Source of the DNA: Blochmannia endosymbiont of Camponotus modoc
Lineage (GTDB): Bacteria > Pseudomonadota > Gammaproteobacteria > Enterobacterales > Enterobacteriaceae
Reading direction: 5' to 3'
Length of the DNA stretch: 32,000 bases
Assembly: GCF_023585785.1 (NCBI RefSeq)
Contig: NZ_CP097765.1
Span: forward strand, 480,001-512,000
The position numbers and the translations under genes are program-made. The notes under the pieces are model-generated. The model searched no databases. It had not been told where the DNA came from and saw only the letters and a list, made by a program, of their open reading frames with translations. Shown here one piece after another: positions 10,556 to 21,219 of this stretch (position 1 is the first letter of the stretch; the number at the start of each line of letters is the position of its first letter).

Positions 10556-11095
10556 TTATAATTGTATAAAATACTTGCGATAATACATTAATTCTGAAAC
10601 AGATTCACGAATATCATCCAATGCACAATGAGTTTTCTGTAACCGTAATCCAGATATCAAATCTGGTCTCCAACGAATCATTAATTCTTTAATCGTGCTC
10701 ACATCTAAATAACGATGGTTAAAATATGATTCTAATTCTGGCATATATCGGAATAAAAATAGACGATCCTGAGCTATACTATTTCCGCATATCGGTGATT
10801 TTTTAAAACCGACCCAATTTCTTAAAAATTTTATTATCAAATTAGATGCGCTAATCTCATCCAATGTACTATATCTCACCTTTTCTATTAATCCGGTAGC
10901 ACTATGAACACGTGTGTTCCAATCATCCATTAATAACAACTGAGATTCAGATTGATGTATTGATATAACAGGACCCTCTGATAAAATATTCAATTTACTG
11001 TCGGTAACTAAAGTAGCTATTTCCAAAATACGATCCCATTCTGGATTTAGTCCAGTCATCTCTAGATCAATCCATATCAAATTATCATCACGCAT
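10556..11095 (-). CDS. orn: oligoribonuclease
   Basis: 179-aa ORF. The blocks [27 protein letters not shown] and [12 protein letters not shown] are colinear with E. coli Orn. Confidence 0.95.
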   Translation of the reverse strand: MRDDNLIWIDLEMTGLNPEWDRILEIATLVTDSKLNILSEGPVISIHQSESQLLLMDDWNTRVHSATGLIEKVRYSTLDEISASNLIIKFLRNWVGFKKSPICGNSIAQDRLFLFRYMPELESYFNHRYLDVSTIKELMIRWRPDLISGLRLQKTHCALDDIRESVSELMYYRKYFIQL

Positions 11096-11808
11096 ATAAC
11101 CCCGCTTACACTCATATACTGAATACTTACTTCAATAAATGACAGTACTACAATACTAAATTATTTTATTTATATTACTCACATTATTCTTAATCTATAT
11201 TAAATATTCATGAAATTTATCTAGTATTGTTTGTATATAACGCTAACAAATATCAATCTGCAATTTTAAAATTTTTAGATTAATACTAACATATTCTGTA
11301 AACACACATCAAATATTAAAAAATAAATCATCACATTATTTAAATAAAATTACAGATTTATTATTTACAAATTTCATTTGTACAATATTTCAGAAGTAAT
11401 AAAATTAATTACTAACAAATTGCAAACAATTTCAGCTATAAATTTTAATAATACTACAAACGAATAATTACTTTTTATCTCAAATTTAAAATGAATTCAT
11501 AATCTATAAAGATTTCACGTAACTACATTTATAAACGTGTATAACTGCATATACTCTTAAAAAATCAACAAAAACTATATCATTAATGATCACTATGACT
11601 TCATCGATTTTTATCGACAATAAAATTAACTTTATTTCTGCAATGAAACTGTAGACAACTTTTACAACTTTTGTGCGATTAATAACATATTATATGGTAT
11701 ACTCATTTTTAGAAGAAATATGAATTTCCAACGCGATCTAACAGCGAAATACATAATCTAATCACTATCTCGTAATTACAAATTAATCATCCAAATTAGG
11801 TATACATT

Positions 11809-12690
11809 ATGTTAGAAAAAATACAGATTTTATTGCAATATTTACTACCAAAGTACTGGATTACTTATTTGGTAGGACTTGGAGCTTCATGGAAAGGTGG
11901 ATGGATAACACGTTATGCTATTTTGTTATTCATCCATATTTATAAAATAGACATAAAAGAATCCGATAAACCTAATTTAACCGATTATGCAACATTTAAT
12001 GCATTTTTTACTCGAAAGCTACATAAAAATGCCCGACCTATCGATACCAACCCATCTACGTTAATTATCCCAGCAGATGGGATCATCACTCAAATAGGAA
12101 AAATAAGCCAAACAAATATCTTTCAGGTAAAAAATACCCCTTATCATTTGGATGGGTTACTAGCAGGTCATGACAATATCATTGACTATTTTATTAATGG
12201 AAGTTTCGTTATTATTTATATACCTCCACAAAACTGCCATCGTATCTACATGCCTTGTACAGGCACACTCCGTGAAGTGCTATATATACCCGGTAATTTA
12301 TTTTCAGTACATCCAAAAATTACTAAAAACATGCCTAATATATTTTCTCGTAATGAAAGAGTCATTTGTTTATTTGAAACAAATTTTGGCTATATGGCTC
12401 AAATTTTAATTGGTGCTATAATAGTAGGAAGTATTGAAACTACATGGCTAGGCACAATTACCCCTCCACGCGAAGGTATTGTCAGACATTGGCGTTACTC
12501 ATCAAATAATACAAATACTGATGATTCAATAACATTACAAAAAGGACATGAAATGGGTTTATTCAAGTTAGGATCTACTGTTATTAATTTGTTCGGTGAT
12601 AAAAAAGTTATTTTAAACAATCTACTACAACCGTATGATATTGCTCGTATTGGCATGCCTTTAGCGCAAGGATATAGTCAAAGAAAATAA
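11809..12690 (+). CDS. psd: phosphatidylserine decarboxylase proenzyme
   Basis: 293-aa ORF. The LGST self-cleavage motif ([11 protein letters not shown]) and the blocks RNERVICLF and [12 protein letters not shown] are colinear with E. coli Psd. The C-terminal tail is shorter. Confidence 0.95.
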   Translation: MLEKIQILLQYLLPKYWITYLVGLGASWKGGWITRYAILLFIHIYKIDIKESDKPNLTDYATFNAFFTRKLHKNARPIDTNPSTLIIPADGIITQIGKISQTNIFQVKNTPYHLDGLLAGHDNIIDYFINGSFVIIYIPPQNCHRIYMPCTGTLREVLYIPGNLFSVHPKITKNMPNIFSRNERVICLFETNFGYMAQILIGAIIVGSIETTWLGTITPPREGIVRHWRYSSNNTNTDDSITLQKGHEMGLFKLGSTVINLFGDKKVILNNLLQPYDIARIGMPLAQGYSQRK

Positions 12691-12746
12691 TTACACGTAG
12701 TTTACGTTATATATTTTTCAGGATCATGCAATAATATTGTGTATAT

Positions 12747-15700
12747 ATGGTTACTATTCACAAGAAAACTATATTTTTTAAATATTTTTTTTTATTGACA
12801 TACATAATAACATGGTTACTTCCATTAGTAACATTTTCTTATAATTTTTCAAATGAACAAGAAATAAAAAAATATTTACAATATGCGCAGCAAAAAAAAC
12901 ATATAAATGCTCATCAAAAAGCCATTATAGATAATCTGCAATCTGCGTTGCACTTTATTTCTGAACAAAAATATTCTAATATTAAAATTCAAGAATACCA
13001 AAAAATCATAAACGACTTTTCATACATAACTCTTCAATTATGTGAAGAGTATAATAATACATCCAATACCATTATTAATATTGATAAAAATCTTTCTGAA
13101 AATGAACTAAAACAAAAATTATTTCGCATTGATAATCAATTAACAGATTTGTCAGAGCAATTAAAACAAGAACACGATCACGTACGTTCTATCAATGAAT
13201 TATTGATATTATTACCGCAACAACAAGTTGCAGCTCAAAATATATTAAATAATTTAGAGCAACGACAAATATTATATACAAATGCAAATACTTTAATAGA
13301 ACAAGCTAAATTTACTGTGCTACAATCAGAACAAGCAGCTAGACAACTAAAAGTGGCCGAACTTAAGCTTGCTGAACTAAGCATCAACAATCGTAAAGAA
13401 TTATCTCGGCTACGCATAGAATTACTTAAAAAAAAATACAATTATATAAACAATGAAGCACGCATACTAAGACACCAGTTAAATTATTTGTGTCAAAAAG
13501 AAAAAAACCAATCCATTGAATATATCAAAAAAACATTAGCAGAACATAATAACACATTACCAAAATCCATCGAAAAACAATTACAAATCAATCGTGATCT
13601 TTCAATTATTCTAAATCAACAAACACATCGCATGAACAATATCGAATCGAGTAAGCAAGAAGTTGCGTCATGTATATTACAAGTACGCCAAACCTTCAAC
13701 AAATTAATTGAACAAGCACAGTGGTTAGATACATCTTCAGTTCTTAAAGAAACGCTGCGTTCTCAAGTCTCTAAATTACCAGAAATACCTAAATACCGAC
13801 AACTAGATCATGATATGACGCAACTAAGAACTAAACGTTTACAATATGAAAATCAATTGAATAAAATAATACCACTATCATCACAAATTAAACAAGACGA
13901 CGGAACACCACTAACAGCCCCCCACAAACATATTCTGGAGACACAACTCACCATACAACGTAACCTTATCACTTCATTATTGAATAGTTTTGACGCACAA
14001 ATCTTAGAATTAACAAAATTAAAAGTTGCTCATAAACAGCTTAAAGAAGCACTACAAGATATACAAAAAGCTGCACATCGCCATTTATTTTGGACCGCTG
14101 ATTTTTACCCAATTACTATATCTTATCCTTTAAACGTTTATCGAGATTTATACAAACTATTAGCTTCAGATGAGTTTAATTACCAAATAATATCTTCGTT
14201 AAATAAGATCTGTACTATTCGCAAAACACTGATACTAATAATATTGTGTATTATAATATTGACTGGATTGTATTGTGCTATACATCATCATTATCAAACA
14301 TTTTTAGAACAATCTAGTAAAAAAATAGGCAAAGTAAATCAAGATAGTTTCTTACTCACTTTTTATAATATATGGTACTCAATGTTGATAGCTTTACCAA
14401 TCCCGATATTATGGGCGTTCGTAGGGTATAATTTGAATCATGATTGGTTATATCCTATTTCTGTTGCAATTAATGATGGAATTAAGGTTACAACTTTCAT
14501 ATTATGGATATCTATAGTAGGCGCTTATTTTTCGTCTTCAAAAGGATTATTTATCGTTCATTTTGGTTGGTCTAAAAAAAGAGTTCAACAAGTTTTTTCG
14601 CATCATTATACATGGGCTGTTGGAACAATTGTTTTTTTAATAATGATGCTAACTATATTTAATAATTATAACGATAGAGAGTTTTCCAATACTTTGGGTC
14701 GTTTGTGTTTTATTCTATTATGTATTTATTTAACTTTTATTACCAATAACCTAAAACACTCTGGATTGCCTTTGTATTTAAACAAATATGATTCTTCTGA
14801 CAATATTATTAATCATGGTTTATGGAATATAATAATATGCGCACCAATAGTAGCAGCAATTTCTTGTATATTAGGCTATTTATTTATCGCACAAGAACTA
14901 TTAACACGACTGGAAATATCGTTATTCATTTGGATTATATCATTAATCATATACCATATAATTCGTAGATGGACATCGATCCAACGCCGTCGTATTGCTT
15001 TTGAACGCGCCAAACAAAAACGAATTCTACAATTAACTCTAAGAACACATAATGAATCTAATTTTTCTCAACTACTACAAACTAATAAATTGGTATCTAA
15101 TAATGAAAAAAATAGCAAGATTTTAGATTTAGATACCATTAGTACGCAATCATTGCAATTGATACGATCTATTATTACTATTATTGCCTTATTATTAATG
15201 ACTTTATTATGGTCTGAATTACATTCTTCATTTTCTTTTTTAGAAAACATTACATTATGGGATGTCACTTCTACTATAAAAGGGGTAAACAATATTCAAC
15301 CTATAACATTAAATTCATTTCTTATTGCTATCCTAGTAATTGTTATTACCACAAAAACAGTGAAAAACTTACCAGCATTTTTAGAGCTTACCGTTTTACA
15401 ACATTTAGACCTCACACCAGGTACAGGATATGCTATTACCACACTAATTAAGTACATATTAATGTTCCTGGGTGGAATAATAGGATGTTCTTTGATAGGC
15501 ATAGAATGGACTAAAATACAATGGTTAATAGCAGCATTAGGTGTGGGATTAGGTTTTGGATTACAAGAAATATTTGCTAATCTCATATCTGGTTTAATGA
15601 TACTTTTTGAAAAACCAATTCGTATTGGTGACACCGTAACTATTAACAAACTCACCGGTAATATTACTCGAATTAACACTCGCGCAACTATTATTACTGA

Positions 15701-16133
15701 TTGGAATCATAAAGAAATCATTATTCCAAATAAAGAATTTATTACAAAACAATTCATTAATTGGTCTTTATCGGATACATTAACACGAGTAGTACTACGT
15801 GTACCTGCTCCTTTTCAAACAGATATGAAAAAAATAGTAAAAGTTTTATTACAAATAGCAAAAGATTCTTCTTTTTCCTTAAATACCCCGCCTCCAGAAG
15901 TATATTTAGTAGATTTACAACAAGGACTACCTATGTTTGAAATACGAATACATATATCAGATATAAAACTGCGTATGCCTCTATGTCATCAAATGCATAT
16001 GTTAATTATAGAATATTATCAAAGTAATGGAATAAAATTACCATACATACCTAATTATCTTTATAATAATCAACTGTCTGTTAATAATTTTGATTCTAAC
16101 TACCCGAACACAAATTATGACACAATAACATAA
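12747..16133 (+). CDS. mscM: miniconductance mechanosensitive channel MscM (YjeP; MscK/MscS family)
   Basis: 1128-aa ORF with a long Q-rich coiled-coil N-terminal part, multiple transmembrane segments and a C-terminal MscS domain (GVGLGFGLQEIFANLISGLMILFEKPIRIGDTVTI). It lies immediately downstream of psd as yjeP does in E. coli. Confidence 0.9.
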   Translation: MVTIHKKTIFFKYFFLLTYIITWLLPLVTFSYNFSNEQEIKKYLQYAQQKKHINAHQKAIIDNLQSALHFISEQKYSNIKIQEYQKIINDFSYITLQLCEEYNNTSNTIINIDKNLSENELKQKLFRIDNQLTDLSEQLKQEHDHVRSINELLILLPQQQVAAQNILNNLEQRQILYTNANTLIEQAKFTVLQSEQAARQLKVAELKLAELSINNRKELSRLRIELLKKKYNYINNEARILRHQLNYLCQKEKNQSIEYIKKTLAEHNNTLPKSIEKQLQINRDLSIILNQQTHRMNNIESSKQEVASCILQVRQTFNKLIEQAQWLDTSSVLKETLRSQVSKLPEIPKYRQLDHDMTQLRTKRLQYENQLNKIIPLSSQIKQDDGTPLTAPHKHILETQLTIQRNLITSLLNSFDAQILELTKLKVAHKQLKEALQDIQKAAHRHLFWTADFYPITISYPLNVYRDLYKLLASDEFNYQIISSLNKICTIRKTLILIILCIIILTGLYCAIHHHYQTFLEQSSKKIGKVNQDSFLLTFYNIWYSMLIALPIPILWAFVGYNLNHDWLYPISVAINDGIKVTTFILWISIVGAYFSSSKGLFIVHFGWSKKRVQQVFSHHYTWAVGTIVFLIMMLTIFNNYNDREFSNTLGRLCFILLCIYLTFITNNLKHSGLPLYLNKYDSSDNIINHGLWNIIICAPIVAAISCILGYLFIAQELLTRLEISLFIWIISLIIYHIIRRWTSIQRRRIAFERAKQKRILQLTLRTHNESNFSQLLQTNKLVSNNEKNSKILDLDTISTQSLQLIRSIITIIALLLMTLLWSELHSSFSFLENITLWDVTSTIKGVNNIQPITLNSFLIAILVIVITTKTVKNLPAFLELTVLQHLDLTPGTGYAITTLIKYILMFLGGIIGCSLIGIEWTKIQWLIAALGVGLGFGLQEIFANLISGLMILFEKPIRIGDTVTINKLTGNITRINTRATIITDWNHKEIIIPNKEFITKQFINWSLSDTLTRVVLRVPAPFQTDMKKIVKVLLQIAKDSSFSLNTPPPEVYLVDLQQGLPMFEIRIHISDIKLRMPLCHQMHMLIIEYYQSNGIKLPYIPNYLYNNQLSVNNFDSNYPNTNYDTIT

Positions 16134-16146
16134 GTATTATCATGAT

Positions 16147-16713
16147 TTACTTTGCTCGGGATATATATGTGCTTAAACGAGTATTAATTTTAATTAATTC
16201 TCCCAATTGAATAAAAAAAGGGACTTTAACTACAGCGCCAGTGCTGACAGTAGCTAATTTAACGCCAGACGAGCTAGTACTATTCTTTTTTATCGGAGTA
16301 ATTTTTATAATTTTTAATTCTATATAATCAGGAGGAGTTACAAGAATTGGTACTTTATTCCATAGAGTTACTATGTAATGTAATTGAGTTGTAATCCATT
16401 TTATGTTCGTTCCTATTATTTTTTCAGTAACTGCTATTTCTTCAAAATTTTTTTCATCCATGAAATACCAAAATTCATTATCATGATAGACATAAACCAA
16501 TTTGATCTCCATGATATTAGCTGATTCTAAAAAATCTCCAGACTTAAAAGTCTTCTCTAAGATTTTACCAGAAATTATTTGTCTAAACCTCACACGACTA
16601 AAAGCTTGGCCTTTTCCAGGTTTTATGGATTCGTGACTAATGATAACACATGGTTCTCTGTTTTGAATGATCTTAAGTCCAGTTCTAAATTCATTAATGC
16701 TGTACAATACCAT
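16147..16713 (-). CDS. efp: translation elongation factor P
   Basis: 188-aa ORF. The KPGKGQAF loop (the Lys34-equivalent modification site) is present and the protein is colinear with E. coli EF-P. The adjacent epmB of E. coli is absent here. Confidence 0.95.
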   Translation of the reverse strand: MVLYSINEFRTGLKIIQNREPCVIISHESIKPGKGQAFSRVRFRQIISGKILEKTFKSGDFLESANIMEIKLVYVYHDNEFWYFMDEKNFEEIAVTEKIIGTNIKWITTQLHYIVTLWNKVPILVTPPDYIELKIIKITPIKKNSTSSSGVKLATVSTGAVVKVPFFIQLGELIKINTRLSTYISRAK

Positions 16714-16752
16714 AAAAATTATTCTGAATAAAATCTGTAAAAATTAATTAAC

Positions 16753-16830
16753 ATTTTACGATAATCACTGAAATAAACAACCCTGATTTAATTAAATCAG
16801 GGTTGTTTATTTCAGTGATTATCGTAAAAT
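16753..16830. repeat. perfect 78-bp palindrome (39-nt arms, no spacer) between the groEL stop and the efp start; probable groESL terminator or processing hairpin
   Basis: All 39 base pairs were checked by hand: ATTTTACGATAATCACTGAAATAAACAACCCTGATTTAA / TTAAATCAGGGTTGTTTATTTCAGTGATTATCGTAAAAT. The first mismatch is at 16752/16831. Confidence 0.9.
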
Positions 16831-16839
16831 TGATCTCAA

Positions 16840-18507
<1,668 letters not shown>

Positions 18508-18526
18508 TTAATAAGTTAGTAGCGAA

Positions 18527-18820
18527 TTATTTCTCAACGATAGCAAGGATATCGCTTTCTGACATAATTAATACTTCTTCATTATCAATTTTCTCCACTT
18601 TTACACCATACCCGTCATTGAAAATTACGGTATCACCAATACGCACATCTAAAGCTTTTACCCCCCCGTTTTCCAAAACGCGGCCATGACCAACAGCCAA
18701 TACTTCTCCACGAGTAGATTTTCCTGCTGCAGATCCAGTCAACACAATACCTCCAGCAGATTTCGATTCAACCTCTTTACGTTTAACAATTACACGATCA
18801 TGCAATGGACGAATTTTCAT
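18527..18820 (-). CDS. groS: co-chaperonin GroES
   Basis: 97-aa ORF beginning [14 protein letters not shown], colinear with E. coli GroES. An AGGGAG Shine-Dalgarno lies upstream. Confidence 0.97.
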   Translation of the reverse strand: MKIRPLHDRVIVKRKEVESKSAGGIVLTGSAAGKSTRGEVLAVGHGRVLENGGVKALDVRIGDTVIFNDGYGVKVEKIDNEEVLIMSESDILAIVEK

Positions 18821-18930
18821 TTAATGCTCCCTAATTATGTTATCTAACTATTCGCATCCTACATTAATAAATTATGACATTAAACATCATATGCAAATTT
18901 TATTAATATTCACCACTTCAGGACAATACC

Positions 18931-18966
18931 TAAAATGGGGGCATTCAAGATTGCTTCAAGGGGGGA
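18931..18966 (-). promoter_or_regulatory. sigma-32 (RpoH) heat-shock promoter of groES-groEL
   Basis: The minus strand reads CCCCCCTTGAAGcaatcttgaatgCCCCCATTTTA. The -35 CTTGAA and the -10 CCCCATTT are separated by 14 nt. This closely parallels the E. coli groE promoter CCCCCTTGAA-N13-CCCCATTT. It is a conspicuous GC island in an AT-rich spacer about 110 nt upstream of the groES ATG. Confidence 0.8.
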
Positions 18967-19232
18967 TAAGAAAATTTTTTATATATGTACATATTCGTAT
19001 CTTCATAAGTACATCTTCTTTTAATTAATAAAAGTTAATATTTATTTACTTAGTACTTCACACACAATCATTATCTAGTATAATAAACAAATAATAATAC
19101 AAACATCATCTCATTATTAAAATGAATATACAATTAAAATAATCGGTAAAACATTTCTTTTCTGTTGTTTAGAAAATTTCACCATAGTAATATACCCTAA
19201 CAGATGCTCAACCACATTGTTTACAGAGAAAA

Positions 19233-19550
19233 ATGATAATAATTTTGTGTACCACACCTAACGATATGTCCATTGCTTTGAATTTAACGAAAACTTTATT
19301 GCATCATAAATTAGCGGCATGCATAACTTTATTACATGAAGTTCGCTCGTTTTATTATTGGGGCAACGCTTTAAAAGAAAAGGATGAATTACAATTATTA
19401 ATCAAGACACAGAGTTCTTTAAAAGAAGCAGTGTTGAACACAATTCAAAAATTACACCCCTATAAAGTTCCAGAATTTTTAGTGCTCCCCATTATAGATG
19501 GGGAGCCAAATTATTTATCATGGATGCAATCTGTATTACGGAAGCACTAA
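19233..19550 (+). CDS. cutA: divalent-cation tolerance protein CutA
   Basis: 105-aa ORF. The blocks KLAACITLL, YYWGN, ELQLLIKT and HPYKVPEFLVLP..YLSW are colinear with E. coli CutA. Confidence 0.88.
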   Translation: MIIILCTTPNDMSIALNLTKTLLHHKLAACITLLHEVRSFYYWGNALKEKDELQLLIKTQSSLKEAVLNTIQKLHPYKVPEFLVLPIIDGEPNYLSWMQSVLRKH

Positions 19551-19836
19551 TATTCTATGAATACAAAAAACAGCACAATCATTGATAACGCAACATCAAT
19601 AATACTATCATCACCTAATATACTGTAAAAAATAAACTTTATTTTTAAATTTTGTTACAATCATAATATTTAAAAATTAGAAAAAGAAAATACCATCTTA
19701 TATTAAAATTTCTCCAAATCTTCCTATACAAATAGGAACATATAAAAACTTTCTTTTAATGAAGTATCTTATCTGAAACTATTTTCTATTTAAAAATAAT
19801 TTTAGATAGAAATGTACCATCAAATAATAAAATATA

Positions 19837-19864
19837 TTGACGAATTCAAAAGAATAAAGATAAT
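19837..19864 (+). promoter_or_regulatory. candidate sigma-70 promoter for tRNA-Phe (TTGACG-N16-GATAAT)
   Basis: TTGACG lies at 19837-19842 and GATAAT at 19859-19864, about 48 nt upstream of the tRNA 5' end. Hexamer matches are easy to find in AT-rich DNA, so this is tentative. Confidence 0.35.
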
Positions 19865-19911
19865 ACAATTAGATTTCTTTCGTATGCATGCGCAATAAAT
19901 ACAACTAGTAA

Positions 19912-19984
19912 GCCCGGATAGCTCAGTCGGTAGAGCAGAGGACTGAAGATCCTCGTGTCCTTGGTTCAATTCCAAGTCCGGGCA
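19912..19984 (+). tRNA. pheU: tRNA-Phe (anticodon GAA), 3' CCA NOT encoded
   Basis: The sequence is GCCCGGATAGCTCAGTCGGTAGAGCAGAGGACTGAAGATCCTCGTGTCCTTGGTTCAATTCCAAGTCCGGGCA. It folds by hand into a cloverleaf and is nearly identical to E. coli tRNA-Phe. The discriminator A at 19984 is followed by CAT, not CCA. Confidence 0.97.
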
Positions 19985-21179
19985 CATCTTAAAGACCCCC
20001 GTCCAATTGATTTGACGTTTAAATAAATTAATAATTATTCTTATTGCATGCCTATCCATGCAATTTACCATAAAGCTGAAAGCAACTCCAGACATCTTTT
20101 GTTGCTCATTATAATGAGCTTCTATAATAAAATAAAAAATCAATAAAAACTCAACAATCATGAAATATTAGTAGAAAATCATCGTTTGTATAAATAAACA
20201 AAAATTAAAATTAATAAAAATCATAAAAAAATCAAATAAAAACTATTACTTTAATGATAAGACTGAAAATAAACAGCACATATAGTGCAAAATATCTAAA
20301 AATTCTAAAAAGACAAATTTTAAATTGTTGCAACCTCATTTATTAATCCATGTTACTGAGGTTATTAGTCTTCTAATAACCAATAATATTTTAATAGGTA
20401 GTTTTGTATCAACTGATTAAAATTGCTCAAAATATGAATACTAAGAAATTACAATGATACATTCGAATAACCGCATACTTTAAATAAATATTACTAAAAT
20501 TATCTCTACTTAATAAGTATGTAATTAAAAAATTAATAACTAACATTTAAATGTTAAAAATTAACACATTAAAAATATAATTTGTAATTATACTCAATAA
20601 CAATTAAGTAACAAATTAACATTAATGTCCTAAATTTCATTAAAAAACTAATATTATTTAAATATCACAATCATTGTTGTAATTATTTTAAAAAATATTA
20701 TTTTCATAAATAAAATTTGCTCTTTATAAGTATTCAATTGAGATCATTTCATTTTTTTCTATACAGCCACATCGTGGATTATCATAAAAACGATCATATT
20801 AATTTCTTCATTGAAAACATAATAACCTATTGCTATTAGCCAATACTTACTAGTCTGGTTTATTAAATCTCGTATGTCGTGTAACCATCTATATATATAA
20901 TGATTCAATTCCGATACATACTCATAATAACTCTCATTGCTTACACAACTAATATAGTCAATGCCCATTAAATTTAATGTACGTTATACAGGACTATAAT
21001 AAATAAAATTAGTGTAACAGCGATCTAAGCAAATTTAGAGATTATATATAATGTATTGCATAACATTTAACAACCGCTAATGTTAAACAAATAATTTTAT
21101 TTAAAAAATAACTTTTCTATAATACAAAAAATTATACTCCATGCTTACCATTTTAAATCCTTTTAATTTCTTTTAGAAA

Positions 21180-21219
21180 AATTACCATACCTCTAATATC
21201 AATTAGAGGTATGGTAATT
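21180..21219 (-). terminator. orphan intrinsic-terminator-like hairpin (perfect 18-bp stem, 4-nt loop, T-tract on the minus strand)
   Basis: AATTACCATACCTCTAAT (21180-21197) pairs perfectly with ATTAGAGGTATGGTAATT (21202-21219). On the minus strand the hairpin is followed by TTTTCTAAAAG. No annotated gene lies upstream on that strand. Confidence 0.35.

Noticed and set aside
19820-20161. 113-aa minus-strand ORF
   Set aside because: It reads straight through the tRNA-Phe gene on the opposite strand. The only non-AT-rich part of it is the tRNA complement. It is spurious.
20541-20556. The 16-bp palindrome TAACATTTAAATGTTA shares TAACATTTAA...ATGTTAAA with 21061-21088, as if the second copy carried a 9-bp insertion
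   Set aside because: These are short, pure low-complexity AT-rich matches and there are only two copies. In a window this AT-rich, coincidences of this size are expected. This is not enough to call a repeat family.
20902-20912. GATTCAATTCC resembling the tRNA-Phe T-arm (GGTTCAATTCC), a possible direct repeat marking a genomic-island boundary
   Set aside because: Only about 10 nt match, the match does not extend into the acceptor stem (CAAGTCCGGGCA), and there is no integrase nearby. It is consistent with chance.
20759-20968. 69-aa minus-strand ORF (MGIDYISCVSNESYYEYV...) in the tRNA-Phe/metC spacer
   Set aside because: No Shine-Dalgarno lies upstream. Its composition (Y/I/N-rich) is what random AT-rich DNA yields. 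I recognise no similarity to any family, including ExbB, which is divergent from metC in E. coli. It could still be a pseudogene fragment, but I cannot support it as a gene.
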